64,000 bases of DNA from Epithemia pelagica. Its lineage: Eukaryota; Protista; Bacillariophyta. How positions within the stretch are numbered: the stretch's first letter is position 1; the number at the start of each line of letters is the position of its first letter. Location: positions 62,001 to 126,000 of the forward strand of contig OX337240.1 of assembly GCA_946965045.2 (NCBI GenBank), written 5' to 3'. The notes under the pieces were generated by a model. It was not told where the DNA came from. It saw only the letters and a list, made by a program, of their open reading frames with translations, and ran no database searches. A program made the translations under genes and the position numbers. Positions 33,393 through 45,261 of the stretch are shown piece by piece.

Positions 33393-34621
33393 TCCGGTGT
33401 CGATGGAGGTCGCTTTAGAACGACATTGGTCGCTTTCAAACTTCGGTTCGCCAGATTTTCGGCGTCTCATTTTTTGTCGGTGTGTGATGATGCTTCTGGT
33501 TCGCACACCATCCAATGGCACCAACGTTCTCATCCCATTTCCGGGATGTAATACCTACAATACAGGCTAGTACATGGGCCATTGCCAAGCAAGCACAAGA
33601 AGAACAAACAAAACCACTTTTTAATGTTGATTTTTGGCTTCGCATTGACAAGGACCATTCTAGTGTATGGGGCAGGAACCTCCACGAACAGCAACACAAG
33701 AAGAACGCGAACGGACAGGCTCAACGCCATGCTTGTCCGAAGGACTGTATTGTGTGATGGGGGGGAATGTGGAAGGCTCTCGTCTTTTCCGAACCAACCA
33801 TCCATGAATTTTGCCGGTGGTTGAGCAGGTCGACAATTCCTTCGCTTCCTGCTGGTTCTCTGTTGAACCGGTCGTTTACGACTCAATTCGGATTGAATAT
33901 TTAAGAGAGTCGGCTATGGTCGTTTTTTTTGGTTTCGGTTGGTTCGTTTTTCATCCGTTCGCAAGAGTTCAACGGTGACTGGCCTTCCGTTGCGTGTAGC
34001 CAAAGTTGCACACACACCGGGCCTCACACAATTCGTCGATTCGCGTCTCATGTCTCATTCCTCTTTCTGGTTGGAACTCGTTTCCAAAAAGAATGATAAT
34101 GTAGAATAGGAAGAAACATCACCTATTACAGGCCACCAAGGTTGCATACCATAAGCATCATGTCAGGGGAAACCAGAACTCAAGAACCTGACGAAACAAC
34201 AAGGCTTGTGCGTGGAACGACGGGGGAGATGAGAAGCAAAAGCAGCCAAACCAGAAGCTGGAGTGTCCAAGAGAATGAGAAGCAATCCTTGAACCTTGCT
34301 GCAGCAGCAACATCGACTGTAATGTGGATCTCATTTATTCTTCAGAAAAATAAAGAGTAACAGGTTCAAATCAAATCAACACGACACTCATACGAATACA
34401 CAACCATCGCAACTTGTAAGGCGAAAGATTGGACAATAGACGACAGCATTTCTTGCCTCTGACAGTCGCATACCACAACAAACGAACGACCGAACGACAA
34501 TACATTGGTACGTCTGTCAGGGGACTTTGCTCTGCTGGACACCACCACCATATCATACCTGCCATACGTTTGTTACAATTGGACGCTGTAACACAGAAGA
34601 ACAAGAACGACCGAATCAAAC

Positions 34622-37600
34622 ATGGCCGATTCACCCAGCCGAGCGAGGAATCACCGGCACTGCATGTTTCCTCTACTGGCATTGATCAAAAAGTTCTCCT
34701 TGATACTGCTCGTCCTTTCTTCCAGTCCTGGCGGAGGCATGGCCGCCACCACGCACACTCTCTCCAACGGTGCCGCCCTAGAGGTCGACATGACTTCTCC
34801 CACAAACTCCTCCGCCCTTCCACTGGACGCATCCTGCTCCCAAGCCGTCACCTCTCTATCAGGGTTTGCTCGCGTCGGCCAAGGAGTTGCCGATGTCAGC
34901 TACATTTTTATTGTCGATTACAGCGGGAGTATCACCGGGCTAACGGAAGAGGTGAGAGCAAAGATTCTCAATGACACGGAATATATGTTTGGCCAACCAT
35001 CAACTTTGAATGTGGGTATTGTCATATTCAACTCCCTAGCAAAGAGCAGCAACAGTGGTGTACTTTCAAGTGACAAGACTGCAATCATGGATTATTTTTC
35101 CCAGGAGTATACATATCCGACATCTGGAACCGGATGTATAATTGCGCTCAACGCGGCCCGTGATATGATTCTCAATTCTCCTAATGTCGGCAGTACTACC
35201 TTGGTCATTTTCGCTGGAGATGGTACTTGTGACAATCCTCCCGATCCTGTACAAACAGCTGCTCAAAATCTTGTTGCTACCGCTCTCTAAGAAAAGGGGA
35301 CCACGGTTACGACCTATGTCTATGAATTTGGAGGAACCCATAACTGTGACGATGGGAAAACTCTTTCGGTTATCGCAACTAGACCCGAACTATGCAAGAC
35401 CTACGATAAACCGTCCGACTTTGACATTGCCAAAAATGTGATTGGAACGACCCTCAAGGGTATCGAATACAGGCTCGGTTCTGGTCCTTCCAAGACTTTC
35501 GAAACAGTACCGACAGGTGATCAGCCAGGACCCGCGTTGAAAACATTCGACATGGAGGTTGCTTTAGGTCTTGCCGCTTCTAATGCTACTTCATCAAGCC
35601 CCATCCCAGGTCAACGAAGATTGCCAAACAGGTTGGAGAATCGTAGTTTGTTTGCTAACGTAACTCTGGATCCACAAGATTTATGCGTCACAGCCACTGC
35701 TTCCGATGCCTTGAGTGGTCAAGATCAAACGGTAACCCAATGCCTTGTGGTCTCCGCAGTTGATCAAACACCTCCCTCAGCAAACTGTCGACCCAGAAAA
35801 AAGTGGCCCAATCACAAGGTGCGCCAGCGTCGACTGGATTCTTTAAGTTTGAGGGACAAGACACGTGCGATGGTAGTTTGTCGTGTCAGATTCGCGACGA
35901 GGGATCGAAACGGGTCTTTGGTCCCTACTCTATCGGAACAACCATTCGGTATACCAAAAGTTCGTCAAGTCCACCCAGTGAACAAGAGATTAAGGCAAAT
36001 GGTATTGATTACGCATTGGTTGGATCAGGCAACGCGTACTTGATTGTCACGGACGCATCTGGAAACCAGAAGGAAGATCTGTGTGGCCTCTCTGTATTCC
36101 CACATCCCAAGAACAACACCAATACCCGCACTGTCAGTCTTCCCAACGGTGCCGCCCTAGAGGTCAGCGTGACTTCTCCAACTGACTCCTCCGTCATTCC
36201 ACTGGACGAATCCTGCTCCCAAGCCGTCACCTCTCTATTAGGGTTTGCTCGCGTCGGCCAAGGAGTTGCTGATGTCAGCTATATTTTTTATAGTCGGTTA
36301 CAGCGGGAGTGTCCAGCGCTACTTGAAAGATGTGAGAGAAAGGATTCTCAATGACACGGAATTGGTCTTCGACCAACCATCAACTTTGAACGTGGGTATT
36401 GTTATATTCGATGAAAAGGCAATGAGCAGCAATGGCGGTTTGCTTTCAACTAACAAGACCGCAGTGATGGATTACTTTTCACAAGTGTACACAAACCCAA
36501 CCAAGAACACCTATTGTCGCACAGCTCTCCAAGCTGCTCAGAGTATGATTCTCGATTCTCCGATTGTTGGGAGCACCACCTTGATCATCTTCGCGGGGGA
36601 TGGTCTTTGCGGGAACATTCCCAGTTATTGGCGTCAAATGTCTCAAGATCTTGTTGCTACCTCCCTCAAAGTGAAGGAAACCGCAGTTACCATCTATGTC
36701 TATGAATTTGGAGGCAGCAATGATTGCGACAATGGAACTGGAGGCAGCAATGATTGCGACAATGGAACTCTTTCCGCCATCGCAAGTAGACCCGAACTTT
36801 GCAAGACCTACGATAAAGCATCCGACTTCGATATTTCCAAGGATGTAATCGGAACGACTCTCAAGGGAATCGAATACTCGTTCGGTTCGGGAACCTCCAA
36901 AGCAGTCGAAACAGTACCGACAGGTGATCAGCCAGGACCCGCATTGAAAACATTCGACATGGAGGTTGCTTTAGATCTTGCCGCTTCAAATGCTAATTCT
37001 TCAAGCCCCATCCCTGGTCAACGAAGAATGCCGCACATGATGGAGAATCGGGGTTTGTTTGCGAGCGTAACTCTGGATCCACAAGATTTATGCGTCACAG
37101 CCACTGCTTACGATGCCTTGAGCGGGCAAGACCAAACGGTAACAAAGTGTATCGTGGTCTCCGTTGTCAGTTCAACACCTCCCACGGCAAACTGTCGACC
37201 CAGAAAAAAACTGGCCCAATCGCAAAATGCGGCCGCGTCGACTGGATTCTTTGTGCTGACGGGACAAGACACTTGTGATGGTAGTTTGTCGTGTCAGATT
37301 CGAGACGAGGGATCGAAACGTGTTTTTGGTCCGTACCCTGTCGGAACGACCATAAGATATACCAAAAGTTCGTCCAGGCCTCCCAGTGCACAAACGAGCG
37401 GCGTAAATGGTATTGATTACGCATTGGTTGGATCGGGCAACGCGTACTTGATTGTCACGGATGCATCGGGAAACTAGAAGCAGGCATTATGCGACCTCTC
37501 CGTATTCCCAAAGCCATCCAACAACAAGATGTACGGTTGGAAGAAAAAGAAAATGACTTGGTATGGTGGCAGCACAGACATTTTTGCCGCCCGGAGTGGC

Positions 37601-37759
37601 AAAAAGTCCAAGAGGCAGCCGCATTACGGCAACCGAGGATACTACAACAAGGGCAAGAAGGATTACAATCGAGGAGGATATTACTCGAGAGGCATGGGCA
37701 TGACATCCTACTACGCGACCATGTCGTACAGGGGCGGTAAAAAGTTGTTGCGGGGTTAA
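34622..37759 (+). pseudogene. Secreted protein with two tandem ~460-aa VWA-containing modules and a Tyr/Lys/Gly-rich tail; four reading-frame lesions
   Basis: Signal-like FPLLALIKKFSLILLVLS; VWA MIDAS IFIVDYSGS...SGTG...FAGDG; module repeated with ~1379-bp period. TAA 35288-35290 (AAA in copy 2), A6 vs A7 at 35797, T6 vs T5 at 36284, TAG 37475-37477 (CAG in copy 1). Confidence 0.8.
36710..36769 (+). repeat. Exact 30-bp coding duplication (GGSNDCDNGT)x2 in VWA module 2
   Basis: Read directly from the sequence. Confidence 0.9.
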
Positions 37760-37774
37760 TGAAATCAGAACCGC

Positions 37775-38064
37775 ATGGCAGTCAAGGATTCATACTACAC
37801 AACACACAACACACATTCATTGCATCTGTTGCACACTCTGCGCATCCGAACGAGCATCTCACAGTAGTCAAGGATTCATACTAAACAATACACAACACAC
37901 ATTCATTGCATCTTGCACATTTTGCGTAAGCGAACGACGAGAACCCATCACATGGCAGTCAAAAGGATTAACATACTACACAACACGGCATCGGACATTC
38001 ATTGCATCTTCTATTGCACAGTTTACGGCATCGGACATTCATTGCATCTTCTATTGCACAGTTT
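37775..38064. repeat. Degenerate ~88-bp tandem units plus an exact 40-bp duplication (37985-38064)
   Basis: GTCAA(AA)GGATT..CATACTA.ACAA...ACATTCATTGCATCT recurs three times; ACGGCATCGGACATTCATTGCATCTTCTATTGCACAGTTT occurs twice. Confidence 0.85.
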
Positions 38065-38367
38065 GCGTAACCTAAGAGAAACATGCTCATCCATTCGTCA
38101 TGGTACGGAGACTCTTATTTGGAATGGGACTCCATTTCCATTTCGCTGTTTTTCTCCAAGAAGAGTGTTAGTGTATCGCAAAGCAATCGCAAACCACCCC
38201 TCTCATGCGTTGTGGTGTGCCACGAGTCGAACCACAAAGGGTCCGGTTCTGTCCCTCCATGTCTAGAAAACAGATTTGGAAGCATGTTTGGTCGTTTGCC
38301 GTCTCTCGATTTGGAACCAACGGATCTTGTCCTGTCATCATCATTCTGATGATGTTGATGGTGGTTG

Positions 38368-39594
38368 TTATTGTTGTTCCGCAGGAGCGATTCCTTTGGT
38401 TTGAACAAAGCAGGTGCTGTCCCCAACTTCGCGATTGGACAAACCATCCAATCGTTTGAGCAGTTTCCATACAGGCCGAGAAGTGACGTCGTGTCGTGGA
38501 GTGTCGTCGTCGTTGTTGTTGTTTGGGTCCTCCTCTGCATTCTCATCTTGTACCAACACACGATCAATGGTCAAGACGAGTGCACCCGGTTTGGTAATGA
38601 ATCGTGTGTACAATTCCGTCCAATCGGTGGGCAAGGCCATGCCAGCCACGCTGGGACAAAATCCTGGACTGGCCAAGGCCGTGGCATAACAAAAGACGAA
38701 ATCGCACTGGGGCAACCACTCGGCCGCCACCTGTTGCAACGTTCCACACTGCAAGGTCAATCGAGAACAAGGAGAGGATTGTTGGTCATCGTGTTGTTGT
38801 TGTTGTTTGTTGATTTGTTTGGTTTCATCAGTGTCTTGGTCTTGATTTGGTAGGATCCGAATCCATGGCGCTGCTCTTTGGGCACGATAAATGGCCTGGA
38901 TGGCTTCGTCGTGCAAGGCCTGCGAGGCTTCCATGCCCCAAACATGCCAGTGGGGGCGGGTCATGGCGAGATACAAGCACAAGCGGCCACAGCCCGATCC
39001 CACATCGCAAAAGTGCAGCCGACGTCGTTGCTGCGGTTGTTGGATTATTGGTTCTTGTTCCTCCAGGGCGTCCAAAATGGCATCCAGGCTGGACCAGGGA
39101 AATTCACCGTACGTATAGGACAATTGAGGATCATTGGCGGACCACGACAAGGATGACGACTGTGACATTGACTTGGGTTGTAACACATCTTGCTGATTCA
39201 ATTGAGAGCGTCGTCCATAATCCGAGGTGGGATACACGACGGTATCGAGAAACTGACGGACCTCGTCTCGATTGGTCGTCCCGAATTGGGAAATTTCGGC
39301 CGTAATGGAGCAACAACAAGAAGAAGTAAAAGAATCGTCGTCCGCAGTTGGAGTGGACCAGAGCCTACCAGAATTTGTGAGGGGTCGTTGGTAATGGGTA
39401 CGACCAAGACGACGACGACGAGTCATGGCAACGGTTGTTGTGAGCTCGAGTCTGTTGTTCCAGGCAGTTCGAATTCCCAATCCCCCAGGAGAAGGAAGAT
39501 CCCTGCTGGAAAAGCCGGATGCGTCGTCGAGGGTCCCCCACACTACGACAGTCAGCCAGAATGGGTACAAACAACTCCTTGGAATGTTCCACAT
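38368..39594 (-). CDS. Class I SAM-dependent methyltransferase (DOT1-like), probably plastid-targeted
   Basis: YTYGEF upstream of motif I FCDVGSGCGRL, followed by WGMEAS and CDFVFCYAT; signal peptide plus ASG-FSS presequence. Confidence 0.8.
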   Translation of the reverse strand: MWNIPRSCLYPFWLTVVVWGTLDDASGFSSRDLPSPGGLGIRTAWNNRLELTTTVAMTRRRRLGRTHYQRPLTNSGRLWSTPTADDDSFTSSCCCSITAEISQFGTTNRDEVRQFLDTVVYPTSDYGRRSQLNQQDVLQPKSMSQSSSLSWSANDPQLSYTYGEFPWSSLDAILDALEEQEPIIQQPQQRRRLHFCDVGSGCGRLCLYLAMTRPHWHVWGMEASQALHDEAIQAIYRAQRAAPWIRILPNQDQDTDETKQINKQQQQHDDQQSSPCSRLTLQCGTLQQVAAEWLPQCDFVFCYATALASPGFCPSVAGMALPTDWTELYTRFITKPGALVLTIDRVLVQDENAEEDPNNNNDDDTPRHDVTSRPVWKLLKRLDGLSNREVGDSTCFVQTKGIAPAEQQ

Positions 39595-39983
39595 CCTCTG
39601 TATCCATGTGCTTTTGTCTTATTAGGTGGTTGGTCTTGACATTCTTCTTCTTGTTCTCGTTTGTTTTGTAGTCTTCCAGAGTTTTTCTCGTGGCGTTTGT
39701 TGGTTCTTGTTGTTCTTGTGTTGTGGCATATACAATGTGTCCTTGACATTCCTTCTCCGCCGCAACCGTTGGAGCAGCGGCACCCGCATACCGACGATGG
39801 TACGTCAGTCACTTCCGAATGAAAGAGGCGCGACCCAAGAATGAGGCGTCTGTCCGCATGACCCATCCGCGACTCATTTGATTTCTTCGCCTGTCCGTCG
39901 ACCTTCCAACCCATGAGCCAAAGAAGCGTCAAACAACGCACATCTCATTGTCTCATTCAATCTCTCCAACAACTCGCTCTAGA

Positions 39984-39984
<1 letters not shown>

Positions 39985-40017
<33 letters not shown>
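39985..40017. repeat. (CGA)11 microsatellite in the divergent intergenic region
   Basis: Read directly from the sequence. Confidence 0.95.
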
Positions 40018-40020
<3 letters not shown>

Positions 40021-40163
40021 GATCCAAATCCAACAACAGAGACAGAGAAGCGAAGGAGAGAGATTGAACGAAAGAAAAGGAGAAGGACTGTGATACGACC
40101 AAAAAGAGAGCGAGACTGAAACGACGCGAGTGTTGTCCACAAACCACACACGAACCGAGTAAA

Positions 40164-41090
40164 ATGACCAACACTGGCTCCCATTCTTACTGGAGGGCGA
40201 TCCTACTGCTAGTTGTCCTGGTCTGCAGGATGCCAGGACACGATTTGAAATATCGTGGCAATTGTTGTGGCTGGGTGGAAGCAAAAAGAACGACGATTGT
40301 TTCGAGACGACGACAACATCAACGACGATTCACTGGTACTACCAGTGCCGCCTTTGTGCCGACACAAACAACAAGAACACCAACAACATGGTCTGACGAT
40401 TGGCAGACATGGTCGTCGCCTCCGTTTGTGGTCGGTCCACTGTGGAGTACACCCAACGACGAACCAGAACACACGGCACCAACCACCACGACAACCACCG
40501 TGTTGGAGACTGCCCCCTATTGGAGTTTGGACGAGTTGCAATCCTATGCGCAAGATCAAGGCGTACGGATATCGGTTTCTACTTTGGGACCTGGCTTTCG
40601 GGCCGTGGCACGAGCCGCCCACAATACCAGTCTCGTGTTGGGTTATATCGAAGGCTTTGGCCGGGGCCGTATTTTGCACTTGGATTCCATGCACGTGTAC
40701 GGAACATCCATACAACAAGTCAAACAGGCCGAATCATCCACCAATTTCATTTCGGGGGGATCCTCCTTTTTGGGCATTGGCTTGTGGTTGGCCTATGCCA
40801 GTGTCTGGCATGGTCATGTCCAACAATCCTGTCGGACGGCCGAGTTTTTGGCCATTGACGATGCCCCTCGTCAACATCGTCGGTTGGTACGCACCTATCA
40901 AATTGCCGGCTTTGACACGGTCCGCTATGTCGGTGACGACCTGGCCAGTATTCCCGATCGATTGGTCTGGGGTGGATGTGGCACTCTCTTTCGACACGAC
41001 GACTTGCCGCAACTCTTGACCCAATGGACCAGCCTGCTGACACGACGAACGAAGCAAACAACCGCACAATCATCATCATCGTCTTTTTGA
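40164..41090 (+). CDS. Conserved plant/algal/cyanobacterial-type protein with a GNAT-like fold, probably plastid-targeted
   Basis: GFRAVAR...ILHLDSM...AEFLAIDD...HRRLVRTYQIAGF...LVWGGCGT pattern; SAA-FVPT presequence motif. Confidence 0.65.
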   Translation: MTNTGSHSYWRAILLLVVLVCRMPGHDLKYRGNCCGWVEAKRTTIVSRRRQHQRRFTGTTSAAFVPTQTTRTPTTWSDDWQTWSSPPFVVGPLWSTPNDEPEHTAPTTTTTTVLETAPYWSLDELQSYAQDQGVRISVSTLGPGFRAVARAAHNTSLVLGYIEGFGRGRILHLDSMHVYGTSIQQVKQAESSTNFISGGSSFLGIGLWLAYASVWHGHVQQSCRTAEFLAIDDAPRQHRRLVRTYQIAGFDTVRYVGDDLASIPDRLVWGGCGTLFRHDDLPQLLTQWTSLLTRRTKQTTAQSSSSSF

Positions 41091-41790
41091 ATCGTGATGG
41101 AGGGAGAGCCTTGTGGGTGATGGGTGAGACCATGATTTTCCGTCGGTACCAATCTCTCATGGTGGAGAAACGTCGTCCAGCGCGCACACAATTGTTGCCG
41201 TGGTCCCAAGTACCTCTATATCTACTACTACTTAGTCTACCAGCAAAATGAGAAGGATGTGTGTACCACCACCACCGCCACCAACAATGGCAGCTGCACA
41301 GAATACTATAGTAGAGTCCAGGTTCCTCACACGATTGTCTCTTGTATATAGACTTGTGTGTGTGTAGTTTTGGTGCATCCTGTGGGTGTGTTTGTGTGTT
41401 TCCTCGAATCGAATCGCGCCTCCTCTTTCTCTCTCTATATATATATTCGTACGTACATGTGTGTCCTTATATTCGATTCAACTACACACATGTGATGAAC
41501 AACCGTTCACAACTGTTGTGAATCCTTTTTTTTGCGAGTGAGCGTCTTGGGTTTTGTTTTTTTCATGTCTCTCTCCTGGGCCACTCACTCTTGTCTGGTC
41601 CTCTATTGGATTCTTTCTGTAGTCGAACGCGCGCGCGAGAGAGACACTTGAACACCCATCTCCAACACCAACACACTCACATATGTGCGATACTACAAAA
41701 CACGGACGCGCACGTCTGGTTTCGAGGCTACAAGAGCACCGACGAGACCGACCACGACCATCCCCAAAACGAACGTTTGCGTCCAACCTT

Positions 41791-44003
41791 TTACGATCCG
41801 CCAACCATCCACGGAACCCCGTGTCCCCCTTGTTCGTGTTCGTCAAAGACGTGTTCTTCTTGTTCTTGTTCCACTAGACCCCCATTGTCATACGCGTCGT
41901 CATCATCATCATAGTTATAATTGGATTGATTGGCGGGTGGGTCACTGGGCCAGGGGTCCACCACCATGGTGGTGGTGGTGGCATTGGGTGGTGCTACCAT
42001 CATGGTCATGAGCTGAGGAGGAGGTTCGGGCCACGACGACAAGGAGGAAACCGAGGGTTGGCTCCGTGTTGTAGTCACAAAGTGGTTGGGAAAGGTGAGT
42101 GTGGTGCGACGACCGGGAGGAGTCGCCGCCTGTTGTTGGTGTTGTTTGGCGGTTCGTGGTCGTTGGGGTCGAGTAAATCCCTGGAATCCTCGTTTGGGCG
42201 GTGGTTTCCAAAACGGAACACCTGGTATTGTTGCTGTGGCTGTGGTGGTGGTTCCTACTAGGACAATGGGATCCACGGCGGCAGCAGACTGTGCTTGTTC
42301 GTGTGGTGGTGGAGTGACCGTCATGGGTTCATCCTCCAATCGATCGGCTGATAATGGTTGTTCGTTGGGATTGTTATCATCATCCTTGGGTGACGCCGAG
42401 GACGACGAGGTGGACGACAGCGTATAGCTATTGTTGTGGGCGACGCCCCACGGATGAGGAGGACGAGGAGGAGGGTTGGGAAGGTCTGCGGCGACTGGAT
42501 TGGCCACGACCACCATGGGATTGCTGCCCTCCAAAGACGGTGGTGGTGCGGGTCGTCCCGACACGGGGTCTGCTGGTGGAGGTATAATGCAGTGTTCTCG
42601 TGCCAGTCCTGCCACACTGCAGGAATGTTCATGATAGACAATGGTCAAGGGAGGACTTCGTCGACGATGACAGGAAAAGAGTAGAACCGCGATACAGACG
42701 GCAATGGCAGAAAAGGTGATGAGCAAGAAAATCAAGAGCAAGAGTTCGCCTCGAGTGCGTTTCGATCCATTGTTGGGGGAGGAGGATTGCAAGGAGGCCC
42801 AAAATTCATCATCGTCGTATAGTGCCGTTGCTGTGGTGGTGCCATTGGACGATCGTCCCTGCGCCGTGTCCTGTTCCACGTGCGACGATGCATTGGTCAT
42901 GGTCGCAAATTCGCAATGTTTGCCCGTCACGCCCGGTGGACACACACAGGGTTGGGCCGTCATGTCGTCGGGAATGACAAAATTGTCCAGGGCCGTTCGA
43001 CAGGTGCCGCCTTGCACACAAAACCAATCGTACCGAATGGCACGAGGGCCATTGTGACTGGTAGCGTAATAGTTGTTCCAGTAATCCGGATCGCTGTCCG
43101 CATGGTACGAATTCTTTTTGCCCTTGCCCTTGCCGTACGATTTGGATTTCTTTTTCTTTCCCGAATCTTCCTCATGGGCCTGCAACGTGGTGGTTGTATC
43201 GTAGTAATAATCGTACGAGGCGGGCAAGGGGACGGGACAATAGGCGGGTAACGGGACGGCCAATTCACATTGGATTCCGACATATTGTTGGACCCAATCA
43301 TCATTGTTGTCTTGCGCGTTGGAAATGGTCCATGCCGACGAACAATCGCACGTGGCCCGTGTATCGGTAGCAGCAGCCGGTGGTGGTTCGTGACACTGTC
43401 CTCCATTTCTAAAATCATACAACAATCGTAAGAAAGACAACAGCAAAGACGACAAACACGTTCCATGGAGAAGATGCGTGAGAGAAATAGAATACACACA
43501 CATACGCACACAAACAGAACAGTCTCATCATCCTACATGATACATACGTACAAACATTGCAAGCCACCATCGTTGGGGGCGGTAGAACAAAACAAAGGAA
43601 TTTGAGTGGTTGTTGTTTCACCATTGGCCAAGGTCGGTGCCATGCTGGTTGGCACTCGAGTCGGTGCACTGGTGGGCTTGCTGCTCCGCCAATGCAAGGT
43701 TCTCGTGCTGGACACTGTATTCCGAAGAGGACGATGATGATGGGGAGAGGACGACGCCACAGAGGCCTTGTCCTCGAACAAAGAGGGTTCGCCAGCCGCA
43801 GCCGCCAAGGACGCCCAGTGTTTGGCATCTTGTGGGTCCAAGGGCACCAGAGGAGGCAGTGTCCTGGTCGTAGTAGTGGAAGCCACATGAGGCTCTTGTG
43901 CCTGCACATGATGGTGGTGAAGGGACACGGTTGTGGACAGCCAACACCAGAACCAACCACAACACGAAAGCAATCGATGACGATGACACCGCCTTGTTCT
44001 CAT
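41791..44003 (-). CDS. EGF-like domain type-I membrane protein, paralog 1
   Basis: Exons 44003-43552 and 43408-41791 join GLQCL-NGGQC. Two EGF-like Cys arrays (CDCSSAW..YVGIQCE; FCVQGGTC..CVCPPGVTGKHCE), PTSAPT stalk, TM LLLLIFLLITFSAIAVCIAVLLF followed by RRRR. Confidence 0.8.
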
Positions 44004-45261
44004 GGTTTGCCTCTCTCTTGCTGGTGAATCCAGAATCCAAAACGAGGGTCGAGCGGAGAGACCACCAAGAAGAAATGAAAAATAACCTTGTGACAAATGT
44101 CTTGGCAGTTTATATGAGAACTCGTGTGCGTTTGTGTGCATGAGTCCCCTTTTGGAGATCTTGTTGTCGTTGGTATGGTTCGGGTGGATGTTGTGATTGT
44201 ACGTGGAAGGATGCGATTCTAACTACAAGGCGCGCCAACAAAAGGGTGCACACGATCGCCCGACGGAACAAAGGTACACAAAGGCGATTCCTCAATCGTA
44301 TCCTTGGAGCAAGATTGAGAACGCAGATAATCGAGTAGCACTTTGCATTCCGAGCCGAACCATGGCTCCACAAGAGTGGGGTGTGGATCGTTGTTACAGC
44401 CTCTGTACTATATTATGGGGAACACTCGTCTCGTGGCAGTCCAGTCTTGATTTGGATTGGTGGATGATTGGGCATTGGGCCAATCGGCCAACCTGTGTGT
44501 GACGATTCCTGTCGCATTGCGAAGATCGCCCGGCGTTTGCCAAGATTTGGGGGCTGGCTGCTATGCGGGCTATCTCTGTTGTTGGACATTCTTCGCCTTT
44601 TCTCCTCTATCTGTCCACCGATGAATTCTCGATCCCTCACATCTCTCATTCCCTCTTCTCTGTTCAAGATGCTCTTGGACCAATCGAACCAAAAGCATTG
44701 GGTTCCGTCCTTTCGCTGTGTGTGTGTGTGGAACACGGACACTAGGCGATGAATTGGCAGTCCTACATGCTCTCTTCTAGATAGGTAGGGATGGAGGTAG
44801 CTTGGTGTAATAGGAGGGTTGGTGGCAAAGCATCACCTCAAGAAGGATTCCCTCGTTTCCATTTATAGCATATGATCGACACTGACACATACACAACACG
44901 AATGGCCCATTGTGATGCAAGGGTGGCCGACCGAAACTTTAGCAGCAGACAACCGTGTTGGACTGGCAGGAGTAGTCTTGATCAAACTAATAGAAGTAGG
45001 TATAACGCGCGTGAGACAGATGTTGCATTCGGTACAACGAGCCATGGTTTCCGCATGGGAGTAGAAAGAATAGAAACTAGAGAAACAAACTTATATATAT
45101 ATATATATATATGTATAGAAAGAAGAAAGAATCGAATCGAGAATATGAAACGTCTGGTTGGGAAGGACGGTGCAAAAGGGGGAACGCCACGGACCAAGAG
45201 AGAATTCAAGGGATGCTTGCGTTGCGCTCTTCTTTTAAAACATGCCCATGCCCGTCTTCCA

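Noticed and set aside
37775-38064. Repeat units superficially like a CRISPR array
   Set aside because: Degenerate tandem copies without unique spacers, no cas genes, eukaryotic context.
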